Shown here piece after piece: positions 58,857-64,000 of a stretch of DNA of 64,000 bases. The stretch is from the NCBI GenBank assembly GCA_002811645.1, contig PDIP01000257.1, positions 1-64,000 on the forward strand. The letters run 5' to 3'. The stretch comes from Corallochytrium limacisporum Hawaii (Eukaryota; Protista; Pluriformea). A model generated the notes under the pieces. That model was not told the origin of the DNA, ran no database searches, and saw nothing but the letters and a program-made list of their open reading frames with translations. A program made the position numbers and the translations under genes. Position 1 is the stretch's first letter. Each line of letters opens with the position of its first letter.

Positions 58857-59414
58857 ATGGGCGAGCCAAACAACCAAATGGGTGGCATGGGTAACATGCA
58901 GCCACCGATGAACGGTGCCCAAACCGTGGAACAGGGTGACGTGTGGGTACAACTGCAGGACTTTGGCCGGCAACAGATGAACGACGTTAAACCCTGGTCG
59001 GAATTTGTTGATCGCTCAAAGATGTCGGCGCCTCGGTCGACCAGTGACCTCACAGATCGTATTCGTACTAATATTCGCCGCTTTCTGCCAAACTATATCC
59101 TAATCTCAGCGGGTCTCTTTGTTTACTGCATTGTGACGAGTCCAATGCTCCTCATTGGGCTGGCATTCGGGATCGGTGGCGCATACTACGTACAAACAAA
59201 GGCAAACCCCATCATGGTAGGCTCGATACAGATACAAGTGCATCATCAGTTTGCTCTTGTTGGTGTTGTTACCCTGATCCTGCTCTATCTTGCTTCTGCG
59301 GGTTCGGTCATATTTTGGATCATTGGAGCAAGCATCACCATCATTGCCATCCATGCTGCGTGCGTCACAACAGAGAACCTTGGAGACTGGAGTCAGACAT
59401 CCCAGGGGCCCTGA
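58857..59414 (+). CDS. RABAC1: Prenylated Rab acceptor 1 (PRA1/RABAC1/Yip3)
   Basis: KPWSEF, RIRTNIRRFLPNY, two hydrophobic hairpins, IHAA. An upstream in-frame ATG at 58749 is in weaker context. Confidence 0.88.
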   Translation: MGEPNNQMGGMGNMQPPMNGAQTVEQGDVWVQLQDFGRQQMNDVKPWSEFVDRSKMSAPRSTSDLTDRIRTNIRRFLPNYILISAGLFVYCIVTSPMLLIGLAFGIGGAYYVQTKANPIMVGSIQIQVHHQFALVGVVTLILLYLASAGSVIFWIIGASITIIAIHAACVTTENLGDWSQTSQGP

Positions 59415-59567
59415 TGAATTACATTTCTTTTATCGATACTGCATTTGTAAAGGCTGTTACACCGCTTTAAGTGTCTCTAATTAGGATCGAAATAATGTTT
59501 GATTCTTTAAGGTGAAATGCGCCAAGGCCCTCGCTACCATCTGTGTGATAATCAATATCGTTCCATA

Positions 59568-61130
59568 TCACATCAATGGTTCTCCGTAGTACGCGTGGTA
59601 CCCATAACCAATGCCTGAGATCACAATCCAGGATCCTTGTAATATGGGGATGCAGGCCTCCATGAACATTACCGTGAATCCCCAAGGCGCCAATGCAGCG
59701 TGCTGATCACGGTGCCATTCGTCATTGTACGCAGCAAGGAGCAGCAGGGTTCCTGCCAACAGCAAATTGCATACCGGTGTATACACGGCCATGCCCACCG
59801 TGTTCAGGTTCAGAGGCACGCCATTGACCTTTTGCTTGAGGAGCCAGTAGCTGATCTCCCGGACTTCCTCGTCCTTCTTCGATGAGTCGTCGTCAGCTTC
59901 CTTGCTGGCGTTGGTACGTGTGGTTGAGGTTGTTGCACTGCTCGAGATTCTGCGTGGGTCACCAACCTTTCCTTGCATGACCATTGCAAAGTTCTCAGCG
60001 CCTGTCTCCAGGTATGTAGAGATAAGATACCGAGCGGCAAGGAAATGGAGAAATCCACAGGTCAAGGTCACAGCTGCCCGTGTGATCGACAGGGGTCCCG
60101 CAAGATTCGGATCCCGTGGATCAAAACCCAATGTGACTACTATAGAATCTCTCAGCGAGTCCACCCATAGCGCCAACATGAGCACGTCAGATACCTGTGC
60201 TGCACTGAGGATCGCGTACTGCAGTGAATTACCACCGCGCATGGCTGCTACTGTTAGCGAGCAAACCTGCAGCGCGGGCAGGAACATTCCCAGAATGACA
60301 ACGGCCAGGAACAGGGAGAGTGCAAGGCCCACCGGAGGCCATGGTACATCCAACCAGAAATACAAAATGCCACTGATCGCCTTACGCAGCTTCTTGGCGT
60401 CCGCATCCGCAAAGGCCTTGAGGGCAGCCATACCTGTGGCCGTCTCAAAGTTAAATAAGCCAGAAGCCGCGTCCTTGGCACCAATCAGGCTTTCCGCCAA
60501 CCGGACGCGAACGCCCTGTTCCCAAGTTTGAGTCCAGTCGTAGGACATGATCCACGTGGACGTAAAGGCCCAAATCATGACGAGCAGAACTAGCACGGCT
60601 GCGACCGTGGTGGCACCTTGTTTGAAGGCTGTGCGCGACATGATGTCAACGTTGAGCAAGAGGACATATGCAAGAGCAAATTGCACGGCAAAAAGTCCCA
60701 TATGCCTGGTTGCTTCTTGCTCTTGCGGAGTGTGGAACAGCTGGTAGTCGATGCTCGTCAAGACAAAGGTGACTAGTGCTGCAAATGTGCACAGGATCAT
60801 GTCCTCAAAGTGGCGAAAATTGGGAAAGGCAATCAATGCGCCGGCGTAGAGATCGTCTTTGTCAATACTAACCCATAAAGACGAAGGAAATGTGAGTTCC
60901 TGCTCCGGAACACTCATAATCTTGTTCTTCAGATTCGTTTGCGCATTGGTCCCGGTGGCCCCGCCGAGAGACTGCACATAGAGCCTTCTGATTCTACCTG
61001 ACATCGGGGCTAAATAAACCTTACAGTCCGCAACCAAACGTCCAGGCAGCTCATGCACCCTTCGTAGCTGGTAAACTACAAAGAATACACAGACCAGGGC
61101 CGTCACTTGCATACCAAAGACGCTCGTCAT
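59568..61130 (-). CDS. TMEM161-like multipass membrane protein
   Basis: The N-terminal VFGMQV...YLAP pattern, the R..I..YL segment and the multi-TM layout resemble TMEM161. Recognised from family memory. Confidence 0.65.
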   Translation of the reverse strand: MTSVFGMQVTALVCVFFVVYQLRRVHELPGRLVADCKVYLAPMSGRIRRLYVQSLGGATGTNAQTNLKNKIMSVPEQELTFPSSLWVSIDKDDLYAGALIAFPNFRHFEDMILCTFAALVTFVLTSIDYQLFHTPQEQEATRHMGLFAVQFALAYVLLLNVDIMSRTAFKQGATTVAAVLVLLVMIWAFTSTWIMSYDWTQTWEQGVRVRLAESLIGAKDAASGLFNFETATGMAALKAFADADAKKLRKAISGILYFWLDVPWPPVGLALSLFLAVVILGMFLPALQVCSLTVAAMRGGNSLQYAILSAAQVSDVLMLALWVDSLRDSIVVTLGFDPRDPNLAGPLSITRAAVTLTCGFLHFLAARYLISTYLETGAENFAMVMQGKVGDPRRISSSATTSTTRTNASKEADDDSSKKDEEVREISYWLLKQKVNGVPLNLNTVGMAVYTPVCNLLLAGTLLLLAAYNDEWHRDQHAALAPWGFTVMFMEACIPILQGSWIVISGIGYGYHAYYGEPLM

Positions 61131-64000
61131 GGTTGGTTCTACGGCGTGCTAAATTGGGACCAGCCTTGCCCACGCTGAGGTTCTTGGTAATTCCGTTTCG
61201 AACTATTTACGTATGGAGATCATCAAAAATATTTTCTACCCTGTCTGACCACTGAAGAAATCAATGGTGCGACAGAGTATTGCACGATCAACGGAGTGTT
61301 GCGAGACTTCGTGAGCCACCAGGATTGCGGGACCGCTTCGGTGTTTTCCGCACGGTGTGGAATATCTTGAGTTCCCCCCCCCCATCCGAAAGGTCAGATG
61401 CCGAGGCACTATCACCTTTCATCCTCGGTTGCCAATTCCCAGTAGCTACTTGTTAGTACTTACACTTTATCTTGAGGATAGTTAGAAACTGTGCTCATCA
61501 GTCTATGGCATCCTCGTCATCTTTGGGATCAGCTGCATATATTTTGACCATCGAGTGTCATCCGAATTGTTTCAGAAACAATGGAAAATGATCAAGCATA
61601 AATGCGATAGCAGGCGGATTTCAGTTTGCGGTTCTCTTGCTATGTGTCTGTTGCGGTTCTATCCCTGCAGCTCCAGAGTGACGGTATGTATGCCCAGAAT
61701 CAGAGGGCAATTACTTGAAAAGTACAAGGAGAGCTCCTTTTCCTCAATTCGTTCGCTTCTCAGTCTGTCGGAGGCGGTGAGAGTAGGGGGAAAGGGAAGA
61801 TTTCTCTCATCACTTTTCTCCTGCGCACGAGTGCTAAAATACCAATAGGCCGTACTCTGCACATTTGAGGTTACTGTCCAGCTCAGGAATCACCAACCAC
61901 AACCCAGAAACGCAACACTGCAAGTGAAGGAGAGAGATTCCCAGCTTGAGAGAAGAATGGAAACCAAACTATTCTTCTGCGCCACGCTCGCTGTACTAAA
62001 CTTCCTCCCTTATCCCAATTGGCAAGCGCGGCTTCCATTTTCAGTCAGAGAACCGATTGAAGAAAGAACAATATGCTCGGATGGACCGGTGAAGGAAAGG
62101 GTTTGCAGCAGGCACGCAAACGGGCATAGGACAGACGTTCAATGGAAGAGGGGAAAGAAAAAAAAGGGAGGGGTCCCTTCGCTATCCAATGATCGCTCAT
62201 CTACGTCAAAGGGGACAGATTCAGTGGACGGGCGGGCACGTAGAAGCTTGGGCTGGAGATTACGGATGGCTGGCTGCTAGGTTGAACGTTCGTTTAGATG
62301 TTCAACACTTCCAAGAGTGGGTCTGTTCTGTCCCCAAAGCAAAGGGGCTCAGATGAGGAATCCCCCACTTGAGCGAGTGGCAAAAGATGCTCAAAGCCTG
62401 AGTGAAACGTGGAAGTTGCGGGGTGGGTGCGGTGGGGGAGGGATGCTCTTTTTCGCAGATTCCTAGCCGCAAACAGAGAGGCCGGGGTTTCGCCCTCGAC
62501 CGGCGCTAAAAACCAATCAAAATACGGCGCGAATGCGGCACATAGATTCCCAAGCACTTCCACACTAAGAAGAATCTTGCTTCAGTCACTCATTTTTTCC
62601 GGGAGGCCCTCCGACACACTTCCCCTGGCCCCTTTTCCGGGCGTCTTACTGTGGCTCTTCCAATGAGCACAGAGATCGTGAAGAAGGGAAGGAAACAGGC
62701 ATTCTTGCAGTGGGCCGTTTTTGGGAATGCGCGGTCTGAAAACAGCCACTTTCATATTGAATATATGACCAAGTCACCCAGATTCAAAGCTGCTGTCCCG
62801 TCTGCGCCGAAGAATGAATGCGCAGCTATGCTTGTTCGGGTGTGTGCGCGAGCGAGTAGATCAGTGCCCTGAATAATCACTCATAGCCCTGGCCTCCGCT
62901 CTATTCTATTAACCGTTCATCGGGCTTGCTCTCAATGTCGAAAGAACGCTATACCGAGAGTATTAAATACAGGTCGCCCACCTACTGCCGTGGGCCGTCA
63001 TGATGATGGCCACTGTATCTTTGTGCGGACATGCGCCGCGTACTGTCACATCGCAAACCCTGCGAAACGTTTATTACGGCCACCCGCCGAATGTCCATCA
63101 GTGTGCGGTTCCTTTTAGAATTGATACTATGGAAAACAGACAAAGAATGCGCTACACATCAAATTCTCTATGTTGCTCCGTGGGTTCTGTTGACAGTGAA
63201 TTGTGGTGTTTGTGATTTGCATCTCGTGTGGAGCTGGGTGCGCTGAGAGTGGGGGAAGGGGAGAAGGGGGAGGGGGGGAAAGGGGCGCACAACCAACACC
63301 ACCGACCGAGAAATGGGAGGGCTAGAGAGCGGAGGACAAGAAACAGGGAAAAGAGGGAGAATTAGAATCTTGGGGGAGAAGGGGAGGGGGAAAGAGAAGA
63401 AAAATTTCTTGCTTGGTGTATTTGCCTGACCGCACGCACACGGTGTGGTCGGTCACAAAAAAACACAGAGATGGACCAGGCGGACAGAAGTGAGAAGGCC
63501 CCCCGGGCCCCGGGGGAGGGGGGGAGGAATGCGGCCGAAGGACCCCCGGAGGGGGGGGGGAGAGGAGAGGGGGGAGAGGGCAGTTTTAGGTGCGTGCGGG
63601 AATTGCCACAAATTAAAACCAAATGACTGTCAGCACCGCTTTCACCGAGCAGGCCATCCCATCCGCTCACAAAGAATCGTGACGAACCCGATGGTGCCTT
63701 TTCCCTTCCCCCCGCTTCTCCTCCGGGCGAGGAAATGAAGCCCAAGGGAGCCGGTGATGTGGTCTGTCGACGAAACTCTCGGAACTTTCCATAATATCTG
63801 TTCCGAGTCTTTTGTGGATTCGCCGCTTCAAGCAGCGGCCTACGAGTGAGCACATGAAGCGAGTCCTCTGAAAAACCGAGGAGTTCGGCCCCTCCCCCGG
63901 CCCTCCCAGGAAAAAATATGAACAAGATACATGGGTCGAGGGGTCCGCAAGTGTATTATACTCACGCGGGAGCGCACGGGTGTTACACAGTTCCGTGTAC

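Noticed and set aside
1-64000. Alternative genetic code, stop readthrough, antizyme-type frameshift, transposons, CRISPR arrays, snRNAs
   Set aside because: TAA, TAG and TGA all end conserved genes at the expected positions. I saw no readthrough context, slippery site, transposase, terminal repeat, spacer array or snRNA signature by eye. An Infernal/RepeatMasker run would be needed to exclude divergent ones.

Overview
Compact, almost intron-free eukaryotic nuclear DNA. The gene set (HCF-1, MAPKBP1/WDR62, TRIP4, TMEM161, TATDN1/3, NEDD8) looks opisthokont/holozoan. A unicellular holozoan such as Corallochytrium would fit, but that is inference only. I can support 21 protein-coding genes. Twenty are single-exon: PASK/PIM-like kinase, ADAL/MAPDA, ribophorin I, TATDN1, HCF-1-like, PRPS, LPAAT, TDP1, MAPKBP1/WDR62, APRT, a small probable lipid-droplet protein, TRIP4, OSGEPL1/Qri7, DHHC palmitoyltransferase, an O-fucosyltransferase-like protein, a coiled-coil orphan, TATDN3, SEM1, PRA1 and TMEM161. 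The 21st is a 3-exon NEDD8 gene that the ORF track misses. There are five assembly gaps and many CT/CA microsatellites. I found no convincing RNA gene, transposon or CRISPR. The most interesting patterns are: (1) sense-strand oligo-G tracts about 250-400 nt (up to ~640) upstream of many start codons; (2) an HCF-1 with a nearly contiguous Fn3 module and its own AT-hook plus C2H2 finger; (3) weak-context upstream ATGs that add presequence-like N-termini to the DNA-repair enzymes; (4) the only two introns are in NEDD8, which also carries K48R; (5) tail-to-tail spacers are mostly about 100 nt and often contain TGTAA. I cannot claim a proven new system. These are leads.
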